Shown here one piece after another: positions 56,747-64,000 of a stretch of DNA of 64,000 nucleotides. Position 1 is the stretch's first letter, and each line of letters starts with the position of its first letter. Below the pieces are notes generated by a model that was not told where the DNA came from, did no database searches, and was given only the letters and a program-made list of their open reading frames with translations. The position numbers were made by a program, and so were the translations under genes. The DNA is taken from the NCBI GenBank assembly GCA_963730185.1, contig CAVSQW010000014.1:128001-192000 (forward strand). The letters run 5' to 3'. Source of the DNA: an uncultured Gemmatimonadales bacterium. GTDB taxonomy: Bacteria > Gemmatimonadota > Gemmatimonadetes > Gemmatimonadales > GWC2-71-9.

Positions 56747-56794
56747 GGCGAGTCCGGGGCGGAGCGGGATCACGAGGCGGAGGTGGAGATTAGT

Positions 56795-56956
56795 GGGAGG
56801 GGCAGGGACGGGGAAGGGACGAGGGGGGACGGGGGGAGACGGGGTGGGACGGGGTGGGGCTGGCGGGACGGGAGGGAGACGGGCAGTCGACGGCCGGCCG
56901 TCCCACCCCATCCCACCCCGTCCCACACCATCTCACCCCATCCCCTCCCGTCCCCC
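56795..56956. repeat. G-rich decamer tract (GGGACGGGGN-like) followed by its inverted C-rich copy
   Basis: About 9 degenerate purine decamers (56795-56883), then about 6 pyrimidine decamers (56899-56956). Confidence 0.85.
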
Positions 56957-56963
56957 TTTTCGC

Positions 56964-56992
56964 TTGCGAAATTTTTCACAAGCGCCTAAAAT
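56964..56992 (+). promoter_or_regulatory. Sigma70 promoter of the atp operon
   Basis: TTGCGA-N17-TAAAAT, ending 12 nt before the first ATG. Confidence 0.85.
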
Positions 56993-57004
56993 TCCCCCTG
57001 TCGG

Positions 57005-57268
57005 ATGACAGATGACCAGCGGGATAACGGGCTCGGCGAGGGGACGCAGTATCTCGCCTCGGCGCTCCGGTTCGCGGGCGGAACCATCCTGTTTCTGTTC
57101 ATCGGATTGGGGCTCGACCGGTGGCTCGGGACCACGCCGTTTTTGACCATTGGCGGGGCTCTGGGGGGGGCTGGCCTGAGCTTTTTCAGCGTCTACCGCG
57201 AGTTCACGGCGGACCCGGACCATCCGGAGCTCAAGAAGTGGTCTGGAAAACGGCGGGACTCGGAGTAG
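57005..57268 (+). CDS. AtpZ/AtpI family (ATP synthase gene 1) protein
   Basis: IGLGLDRWLGTTPFL motif, two TMs, first gene of the operon. Confidence 0.88.
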   Translation: MTDDQRDNGLGEGTQYLASALRFAGGTILFLFIGLGLDRWLGTTPFLTIGGALGGAGLSFFSVYREFTADPDHPELKKWSGKRRDSE

Positions 57269-57588
57269 TCCTCTCGGCGGCGCTCGCGCTGCTCTTCGGA
57301 CGGCTTTGGGATCCTCAGGCGGCGGTGGCGGGCCTCACGTTCGGGCTGCTGGCCACGGCGCTCCAGACCGCGGCGGTCGGCTTGATGCGGCCGGCGGTCG
57401 GGAGTCGTGAGGCGGGCCGGTTGTTCAAGCGGTACGGGGCCGGGTTGGCCCTTCGGTGGCTGGGGGTGCTCCTGGTCCCGGTGGCGGTACTGGTGGCGCG
57501 GGGTCGGTTCGCGCCGCTTCCGACGGCGTTCGGCTTTATCGGGGTGATCATCCCGTTGCTCTTTTTCGAGGCCCGGCTCTTTCGATGA
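57238..57588 (+). CDS. atpI: ATP synthase protein I-like membrane protein
   Basis: GTG start after GGAG; four hydrophobic helices; position before atpB. Confidence 0.65.
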   Translation: MVWKTAGLGVVLSAALALLFGRLWDPQAAVAGLTFGLLATALQTAAVGLMRPAVGSREAGRLFKRYGAGLALRWLGVLLVPVAVLVARGRFAPLPTAFGFIGVIIPLLFFEARLFR

Positions 57589-58433
57589 TGATGCAGCGAC
57601 CAGATCTCAACATCGGCGAGATCATCCTCCACCACACCTCCGACGAGTACTCGATCGGCATGGAGCCGTTCTGGAAGTTCTCGTGGGAGAAGTGGCCGGA
57701 CACCCATCTGGGCCCGATCACCGTCAACCTGACGCCCACCAAGCACGTGATCTTCATGGTGCTGGCGGCGATCCTGGTGCTGGTGACGATGGCGGTGGCG
57801 GCCCGGGGTCTCAAGAAGCAGCGGGCCCACGAGCGGGCGCCGACCGGGTTTTCGGGCTTCATCGAGTATCTGGTGCTCTGGCTCCGGGACGAGCTGGCGA
57901 TCGCGAAGATCGGCCACGACGGCGTCAAGTACGCCCCCCTGATCGTGGGGCTCTTCTTCTTCATCCTCTACATGAACCTGTTCGGCCTCCTGCCCTGGGG
58001 CTCGACGGCCACGGGCAACCTGGCCGTGACCGCGACGCTGGCGATCGTGGTATTCCTGATCGTGGAGATCTCGGGCTTCCTCAAAATGGGCGCCAAGGGG
58101 TACCTCCGGACCATCTTTCCCCACATCCCCGGGGTGGACGGGGCGTTCGGGGCGGTGCTGACCGTGTTCATGGCGCCGATCGAGATTCTGGGCAAGTTGG
58201 TGAAGCCGTTCGCGCTTGCCGTCCGACTGTTCGGCAACATGACGGCCGGCCACTTCGTCATCCTCTCGCTGGCGGGGATCATTCTCTACTTCGGCAGCTG
58301 GCTGATCGGCGGCGCGACGGCGGTGCTGATCGCGACGATCATGCTGCTCGAGACGCTGGTGGCGGGGATCCAGGCGTACGTATTCGCGTTGTTGACCGCG
58401 ACCTTCATTGGAATGATGCAGGAAGCCCATTGA
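57585..58433 (+). CDS. atpB: F0F1 ATP synthase subunit a
   Basis: NLFGLLP, KPFALAVRLFGNM (essential Arg), IQAYVF. Confidence 0.97.
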   Translation: MMMQRPDLNIGEIILHHTSDEYSIGMEPFWKFSWEKWPDTHLGPITVNLTPTKHVIFMVLAAILVLVTMAVAARGLKKQRAHERAPTGFSGFIEYLVLWLRDELAIAKIGHDGVKYAPLIVGLFFFILYMNLFGLLPWGSTATGNLAVTATLAIVVFLIVEISGFLKMGAKGYLRTIFPHIPGVDGAFGAVLTVFMAPIEILGKLVKPFALAVRLFGNMTAGHFVILSLAGIILYFGSWLIGGATAVLIATIMLLETLVAGIQAYVFALLTATFIGMMQEAH

Positions 58434-58699
58434 TGATAGGGAGCGGGGAGTAGGGAGTACGGAGCAGGGAGTGAATAGCTACTCCCTCCCTCGTCAGTAC
58501 TCACGACTTCCAAGTCACTATCCGGGTTCGCTCACCCGGTTGCAGGAACGTAGGAACGTACTCCGCCGAATGGCGGGGGAAGCCCACTGCCTCGACGGCG
58601 CTGGTGGGCACCGCGAGAAGGTTCCGCCGGGAGAGCGGGGCCGGGATCGCTGGGAGCGAGACACGACACTGACTCTCCCACCGAACTGGAGAAGCACCC
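58434..58699 (+). other. Structured atpB-atpE spacer (heptamer repeats plus multi-hairpin element)
   Basis: Six degenerate TAGGGAG heptamers with a partial complement; hairpins at 58522-58539, 58561-58578, 58582-58609, 58651-58680. Confidence 0.55.
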
Positions 58700-58975
58700 A
58701 TGCTGTTGAACTTGCTGGCGCTGTTGCAGGAGCCGGGAACGGCCGAGATCGCCAAGAACACCAACGCGCTGCTGGGCGCCGGTATCGGCCTCGGTCTGGC
58801 GATCGTGGGCTGCGGCATCGGCCTCGGGCTGATCGGCGGCAACATCGCCAGCGGCATCGCCCGGCAGCCGGAAGCCGCGAAGGACATCGCGAACGGTCCG
58901 TTCATCATCGCGATCCTGCTCGAGGGCGTGACGATCATCTCGCTGGTTTTCGCGCTCCTGTTCAAGCTGCTCTAG
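58700..58975 (+). CDS. atpE: F0F1 ATP synthase subunit c
   Basis: Gly-rich helix GCGIGLG, ARQPE loop, ion-binding Glu in LLEGV (no E-S/T Na+ signature). Confidence 0.96.
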   Translation: MLLNLLALLQEPGTAEIAKNTNALLGAGIGLGLAIVGCGIGLGLIGGNIASGIARQPEAAKDIANGPFIIAILLEGVTIISLVFALLFKLL

Positions 58976-58994
58976 GCCGGAAGGAGACGTCCCC

Positions 58995-59543
58995 ATGACG
59001 GTGCCGATGCTCGCGCTCCTCCTGGCCGCCGAAGGCGAGGGTGGTGGCGCCGGCCCGTTCAGCGTGAACTTCGGGCTGACGTTCTGGACCCTGATTGTCT
59101 TCGGGATCTTTCTGTTCTTCTTCCGGAAGACGTTCTGGGCCACGATCGTCGCTCGAGCCGAGGAGCGGGAGGAAACCATCGCCCGGCAGTTGAGTCAGGC
59201 CGAGTTGGCCAATGCCGAGGCGAAGGCGCTGTTCGAGAAGCACACCCAGCTCCTGGCTGCGTCGCGGGCCGAGGCGCAGTCGATGTTGGCCGAGGCCAAG
59301 GCGGCGGGCGACAAGGAGCGGCAGGCGGCGTTGGAGCGGACCAGGCACGAGCAGGAAGCGCTGCTCGACCGGGCCCGGCGCGATGTGGCGGCCGAGAAGG
59401 ACAAGGCCATCGCGGAGCTCCGCCGAGAGGCGGTGGACCTGGCGCTGGGCGCCGCGGCCAAAGTGATCGGCCAGCGGCTCGATTCCGCGGACGACCGCCG
59501 GATGGTGATGGAGTACCTGGCCAAGGTGGAGACGACCCATTGA
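58995..59543 (+). CDS. atpF: F0F1 ATP synthase subunit b
   Basis: FWTLIVF TM anchor, long coiled coil, AAAKVI. Confidence 0.95.
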   Translation: MTVPMLALLLAAEGEGGGAGPFSVNFGLTFWTLIVFGIFLFFFRKTFWATIVARAEEREETIARQLSQAELANAEAKALFEKHTQLLAASRAEAQSMLAEAKAAGDKERQAALERTRHEQEALLDRARRDVAAEKDKAIAELRREAVDLALGAAAKVIGQRLDSADDRRMVMEYLAKVETTH

Positions 59544-60082
59544 GTGAGACGACCGTCGCGCTGAACTACGCCGAAGCGCTCCTCGAGCTCGCCCAGCAGG
59601 CGGGTGATCTCGAGGGGTACGGTCGCTACATCGACGCCACCGCCCGCGCGTACGACTCGTCGCCGGCGGTGCAGTCGGTGCTGGCGAGCCCCAAGGTGTC
59701 GAAGGCGCTCAAGGCGAAGTTGCTGGGCGGCGCCCTGGTGCAGGTCGGCGCGCCGGCCCATTTCGTCCGGTTCCTCGAGGCGGTGGTCAAGCGAGGCCGG
59801 GCGGCCTATCTCCGGCCGATCGCGGATGCCTACGAGGGGCTGGTCGACACCAGCCTCAACCGGGTGCGAGCGGCCATCACCGTGGCCCGGACGCCCGATC
59901 CGGCGCTCGAACGGGACATCGCCACCGCGCTTCAGGCGATGCTCGGCAAGGAAGTCATCGCGACCTTCGCGGTCGAGCCGAGCCTCTTGGGCGGCGCGGT
60001 GATCCGGGTGGGCGACAAGGTGTTCGACGGGTCGGTCCGGCGGAAGCTGGTCCGGCTCCGGCGGCAGCTCCTGAGCCGATAG
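59540..60082 (+). CDS. atpH: F1 ATP synthase subunit delta
   Basis: NYAEALLELA; EPSLLGGAVIRVGDKVFDGSV. Confidence 0.95.
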   Translation: MSETTVALNYAEALLELAQQAGDLEGYGRYIDATARAYDSSPAVQSVLASPKVSKALKAKLLGGALVQVGAPAHFVRFLEAVVKRGRAAYLRPIADAYEGLVDTSLNRVRAAITVARTPDPALERDIATALQAMLGKEVIATFAVEPSLLGGAVIRVGDKVFDGSVRRKLVRLRRQLLSR

Positions 60083-60104
60083 TCTGGTTGGACCGGTGGT
60101 GCGC

Positions 60105-60139
60105 GAGGCTCCGAGCGGTGCTCGGGGCCTCTTGCTTTT
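60105..60139 (+). terminator. Intrinsic terminator after atpH
   Basis: gaggctccgagc-ggt-gctcggggcctc 12-bp stem (one G-U pair) followed by TTGCTTTT. Confidence 0.8.
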
Positions 60140-60285
60140 CCGGACGGCGCGCACCTGTCGCGTCGTCACCATAGAGGGGCGGCGTCGGACGGTTGGACCT
60201 CGAATCCGTTGGTCCGATCGGCGTGCACGAGGCAACCCCATGTCGCGATTTCAGTTAGGACCGGTTTGTCCGGTCGGAGCGGCCG

Positions 60286-60301
60286 CGGCCGATTTCTTGC
60301 C
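60286..60301 (+). promoter_or_regulatory. Putative sigma54 -24/-12 promoter
   Basis: cGG-ccgatttctt-GC: GG-N10-GC with TTGC at -12, upstream of a PEP-CTERM gene. Confidence 0.55.
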
Positions 60302-60358
60302 TGTATTTCGGGCACCCGACGCCGTCGGGCGCAGGGTCCACTCCGAGGAACATCGCAG

Positions 60359-61153
60359 ATGCGGTCACGACGGTTGGGTTTGAGTGCCGGGTTCGTCCTG
60401 GCGCTCTCGGTCAGCCCGGCGGCGGCGTACGCCTCCGACGCGTATTGGAATCAGGTCTGCACCAACGGCGGGTGGGGCTTCAACACCTGCGCCTCGGCCT
60501 GGGTCACAGCCACCGGCAACACGATCACGATTCGGGTCTGGAACCTGGCGGGCGCGCCGGGCTCCCACACCTCCCCCGACATCGGGTTCGTCGCGGTCGG
60601 GCTCCGGAACATCGGCAGCGAGCTGGTCCTCAAGAACCTGTCGGCCAGCCGACCCGACGGGCGGTCGCTGACCGGCTGGACCCTGGCGCAGGCCGCGGGT
60701 GGCATTCCCGGGCCCTCGGACGCGAAGGGCGCCGCGGCGACGGCCGGCCTCAGCACCGGGATCTTCAGCCAGTTCGGCGAACCGCTCCTGCCCCGGCCCA
60801 AGTCGGCGACCACCGACTGGACCGGCCCGGGGCAGTTCGGCGGCGGCTTCGTGACCATTCGCTACCAGACCTTCCAGACGGTCTGCACCACCCGGCAGGA
60901 GAAGCGGGTGTGCGAGACGGTCCCGGTGGCGGTCGACCTCTCGCACGCGGTCCTGGCGCTAACCCTGCGCGACGCCCGGACCGAAGCCACGACCGGGTAC
61001 GAGTGTGCCGCGACCGGGTCGGTCGGGACGGACCTGGCCCATCCCTGCGTCCAGCTTACGACCGCGCCCGAGCCGATGACCACCACCTTGGTGGGGACCG
61101 GCCTCGTGGGGCTGGGCCTGGTCCGGTGGCGATCCCGCCGCCGGACTGCCTGA
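60359..61153 (+). CDS. PEP-CTERM sorting domain protein
   Basis: GAGGA SD, signal peptide, C-terminal TAPEP + hydrophobic helix + RWRSRRR. Confidence 0.85.
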   Translation: MRSRRLGLSAGFVLALSVSPAAAYASDAYWNQVCTNGGWGFNTCASAWVTATGNTITIRVWNLAGAPGSHTSPDIGFVAVGLRNIGSELVLKNLSASRPDGRSLTGWTLAQAAGGIPGPSDAKGAAATAGLSTGIFSQFGEPLLPRPKSATTDWTGPGQFGGGFVTIRYQTFQTVCTTRQEKRVCETVPVAVDLSHAVLALTLRDARTEATTGYECAATGSVGTDLAHPCVQLTTAPEPMTTTLVGTGLVGLGLVRWRSRRRTA

Positions 61154-61176
61154 CCTCGACGTCCCGACTGATTCCG

Positions 61177-61701
61177 ATGTCCGCTCCGGCGCGCGCCCAG
61201 CGCGTGATGGTTCCCGAGATGGTCCGTTCCGCAGCCGGTCCGTACAGCGCCCCGCTCGGGGCCTGGACCCTGCTGGGCCTGGTTGGCTGGGTGTTCCTGC
61301 TGGTGGGCGGCATGGACGTCGGGCTGGTCTGGTATCCCGCCGCCTTCGGCAACCCGGCCTGGGAGTTCGGGTCGGTCACGGCAGCGCTCAACGGTCTACC
61401 CCTTCCCCTCATGGGCCTGGCGCTGATCCTGGCGGGCGCCTCGGCCCGGGGCAACGCGGCCGCGGTGAAGGTGGCGATCGGAGCGGCGGCGCTGGCGCTG
61501 ATCGCGGTGCTCGGGGCCGGCGTGCTCTACGGCCTCACGGCGCCCATCGCCGTGCGATCGGTGTCGGAGCCGCTCGCCTCGAGCGGGCTCGGGAAGGCGA
61601 TTCTCCGATCGGCCGTGCAGCTGGTCGCGTATCCGGTGGCGCTGGTACTCCTGATTCTTCAGGGCCGGCGCCTCCTCCGCTTGGGCGACCGACCCGAATG
61701 A
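61177..61701 (+). CDS. Hypothetical four-TM membrane protein
   Basis: Four hydrophobic segments, WYP..FGNPAWEFG loop; start uncertain. Confidence 0.7.
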   Translation: MSAPARAQRVMVPEMVRSAAGPYSAPLGAWTLLGLVGWVFLLVGGMDVGLVWYPAAFGNPAWEFGSVTAALNGLPLPLMGLALILAGASARGNAAAVKVAIGAAALALIAVLGAGVLYGLTAPIAVRSVSEPLASSGLGKAILRSAVQLVAYPVALVLLILQGRRLLRLGDRPE

Positions 61702-61832
61702 GGCGCCCTCTTCGGTAGAGACCCGGCGGCCGGCGCTCTAGTACCCCGCCGGGTGGCGCCCTAGTATTGGAGCGTCCGCCGGCGGCGCCGTTCGGCCGCC
61801 CGTCCGTCCGACGGTCTTCGCTCCGAGTCCCG

Positions 61833-64000
61833 ATGCCCATCCTGCTGGCCCTACTCCAGATCGCGTCCCAGCCCGCCACCCAGGCCGATCCCAACGGCGT
61901 CTACTGGCAGCAGCGGATTTCCTACGACATCTCGGCCTCGCTCGACGAGCCGTCCGGCGTCCTGGGCGGCACCCAGCACGTCCGCTACTACAACCACTCG
62001 CCCGACACCCTCACCACCTTCTCGTTCCACCTCTACCTCAACGCCTTTCGGCCGGGCTCCCGCTGGGCCGACGAGGACAGCATCGAGCACAACCGCCGGT
62101 TCAACGACCTCAAGGACCCCGATTTCGGCTTCAACCACGTCCGGAACGTCCGGATCATGGGCCAGCCGGTGGAGCCGGTCTATCCCTTCGCGCCGGACAG
62201 CACCATCGTCCGCTTCCGGCTTCCGCACCCGCTTCTTCCGGGCGACTCGCTCGATGCCGACCTGGAGTGGGACGCCCGGCCCTCGACCGTGCCGCGGCGG
62301 CAGGGCCGGCAGGGAAGGGCGTTCGACTTTGCCCAGTGGTATCCGCGGGTGGTGGCCTACGACACCTACGGGTGGGAGGAACATCCGCTCTACCCCGCGG
62401 GTGAGTTCTACGGCGACTTCGGCGAGTTCACGGTCCGTCTGGACGTGCCGGAGGACCAGGTGGTCGGCGCCACCGGCGTCGCGGTCTGCGGCGACCCGGG
62501 ATGGGAGAGCGCCAACCGGACGGCCGAGCCGGTGGACTACCAGCGGCGCTGGTACCCGGCCTTCGCCGACGCGCTGCCCGACTCGGCCTGTGCGCCGAAG
62601 GCGCCGGGCCGGAAGACCATCGTGTGGCGGGCCGAGGACGTCCATCACTTCGCGATGTCGATGCGGCCGGACTACCGGTACGAGGGCTGGCACTGGGGCC
62701 CCGTCGCCATCCACGTCCTCTACCAGCCGGGCGACGAGGACACCTGGGGCCGCGGGATCGCGGTGCGCCGGACGGCGGTCGCGCTCGAATGGCTGGATGG
62801 GCTGTTCGGGAAATTCCCCTGGCCGCAGATCACCAACGTGCACCGGATCGAGGGCGGCGGGACCGAGTTCCCGATGATGATCCACGACGGCTCGGCCAGC
62901 CAGGGGCTGATCCTCCACGAGCTGGGCCACAACTACCTGATGGGCGTCCTGGCCAGCAACGAGTGGAAAGAGGGCTTCCTCGACGAAGGCTTCACCAGCT
63001 TCCAGACCACCTGGTTCGTCGAGGCGCACGGCGTCCGGGGCTCCTACCAGAACACCGAGCGCGAGATCCTGAGTTTCGACCTCGACGGCCTGTCGCAGCC
63101 GACCAGTCTGGTGAGCGAGGACTACCGCGACTTCCTCACCTACAACGTGATGATCTACACCCGGGGCGAGCTCTTCTACCACCAGCTCCGGGAGATCGTG
63201 GGCGAAGAGGCGATGCGGAAGATCCTCCGGACCTACTACGACCGCTGGAAGCTCAAGCACGTCAACGAGACGCGTTTCAAGGAGGTGGCGGAGGAGGTGT
63301 CGGGGAAGGACCTGACGACGTTCTTCGCGCAGTGGTTGCATTCGACGGAGCTGTACGACTATGCGGTCGGGAGGGTCAAGGTGAGGAGGGAGGGACGGGG
63401 AGAGGACGGCGGGTGGGTGACGCGGGTCGAGGTGAAGCGGAAGGCGCCGGGGATGTTTCCGGTCGACGTGGTGGTCCGATCCAAGGAGGACTCGGCGGTG
63501 GCTCGGGCGGATGGACTGGCGGAGACCGAATGGGTGACGGTCAGGACTCGCGGAAAGCCCAAAGCGGTGGTGATCGACCCGCGGGTCCGGGCTCACGACT
63601 GGAACATGCTCAACAATACCAAGCGGAAGAACTGGCTTGGCATCTGGGATACGGGGCCCGGCGCCGACTGGTACCTCGATCCCGTCTTCAGCACCCGCAC
63701 GCACCGCGACCGGGTCGCCCGGGGAGTGCTGCCGACGGTCTGGTACAACGGCGAGGGCGGAGTGATGGTCGGGGCCCGGGTCCGCTCGAACTACCTGGGC
63801 CGGTTCAACCAGGAGGTAGCGGAGTACAGCTTGGCCACCCGGCACTGCTGTAAGTCCGGCGAGCGGTTCGACAACTGGTACGTTCGGCTGGCGAACCCGA
63901 CCTGGCTCCGGGCCCCGCGAACGACGGTGGGCGTCGACGCCTTCCATCTCGAGGGTCGGGAGGGGGCGAGCCTCTTCGTGGATCACCAGACCCGGGGCCA
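61833..64000 (+). CDS. M1 family zinc aminopeptidase, exported (runs off window end)
   Basis: Absent from the ORF track because it has no stop in the window. YWQQRISY, GGGTEFP, HELGH followed by DEG (HExxH-X18-E). Confidence 0.92.
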   Translation, partial: MPILLALLQIASQPATQADPNGVYWQQRISYDISASLDEPSGVLGGTQHVRYYNHSPDTLTTFSFHLYLNAFRPGSRWADEDSIEHNRRFNDLKDPDFGFNHVRNVRIMGQPVEPVYPFAPDSTIVRFRLPHPLLPGDSLDADLEWDARPSTVPRRQGRQGRAFDFAQWYPRVVAYDTYGWEEHPLYPAGEFYGDFGEFTVRLDVPEDQVVGATGVAVCGDPGWESANRTAEPVDYQRRWYPAFADALPDSACAPKAPGRKTIVWRAEDVHHFAMSMRPDYRYEGWHWGPVAIHVLYQPGDEDTWGRGIAVRRTAVALEWLDGLFGKFPWPQITNVHRIEGGGTEFPMMIHDGSASQGLILHELGHNYLMGVLASNEWKEGFLDEGFTSFQTTWFVEAHGVRGSYQNTEREILSFDLDGLSQPTSLVSEDYRDFLTYNVMIYTRGELFYHQLREIVGEEAMRKILRTYYDRWKLKHVNETRFKEVAEEVSGKDLTTFFAQWLHSTELYDYAVGRVKVRREGRGEDGGWVTRVEVKRKAPGMFPVDVVVRSKEDSAVARADGLAETEWVTVRTRGKPKAVVIDPRVRAHDWNMLNNTKRKNWLGIWDTGPGADWYLDPVFSTRTHRDRVARGVLPTVWYNGEGGVMVGARVRSNYLGRFNQEVAEYSLATRHCCKSGERFDNWYVRLANPTWLRAPRTTVGVDAFHLEGREGASLFVDHQTRG

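Noticed and set aside
56795..58500. CRISPR array in the G-rich or heptamer repeats
   Set aside because: Units are 7-10 nt and tandem, with no unique spacers; no cas genes.
58700..58975. Na+-translocating ATP synthase
   Set aside because: Subunit c has E-G-V rather than the E-S/T signature.

Overview
High-GC (about 70%) bacterial chromosomal segment. Gene content (PEP-CTERM protein, many exported hydrolases with TolB-like propellers, a Ser/Thr kinase relic) suggests Gemmatimonadota; this is an inference. Most of the window encodes exported peptide/amide hydrolases: two S9, S10, M1, an amidase, several amidohydrolases, CocE/NonD and a serine hydrolase. It also holds a lipoprotein copper amine oxidase, SDRs, a B12 radical-SAM enzyme, a TetR-led LolA-like/FtsX/ABC/outer-membrane operon, MoxR, and an F0+delta ATP synthase operon that terminates after atpH. 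Main unexplained signals: (1) six co-oriented, decaying attC-like sites flanking lower-GC genes with no integrase in view (CALIN-like, best at 47.8-50.2 kb); (2) a SARP/BTAD-ATPase regulator whose last ~370 codons and the convergent HD-GYP gene share a lower-GC block, suggesting a swapped sensor module; (3) an S9 fold whose catalytic His position appears to be Tyr; (4) a structured 266-nt atpB-atpE spacer; (5) small genes missing from the ORF track (34-aa TM protein, 118-aa six-Cys basic protein); (6) several deletion scars. No rRNA, tRNA, CRISPR array or transposase was recognised.
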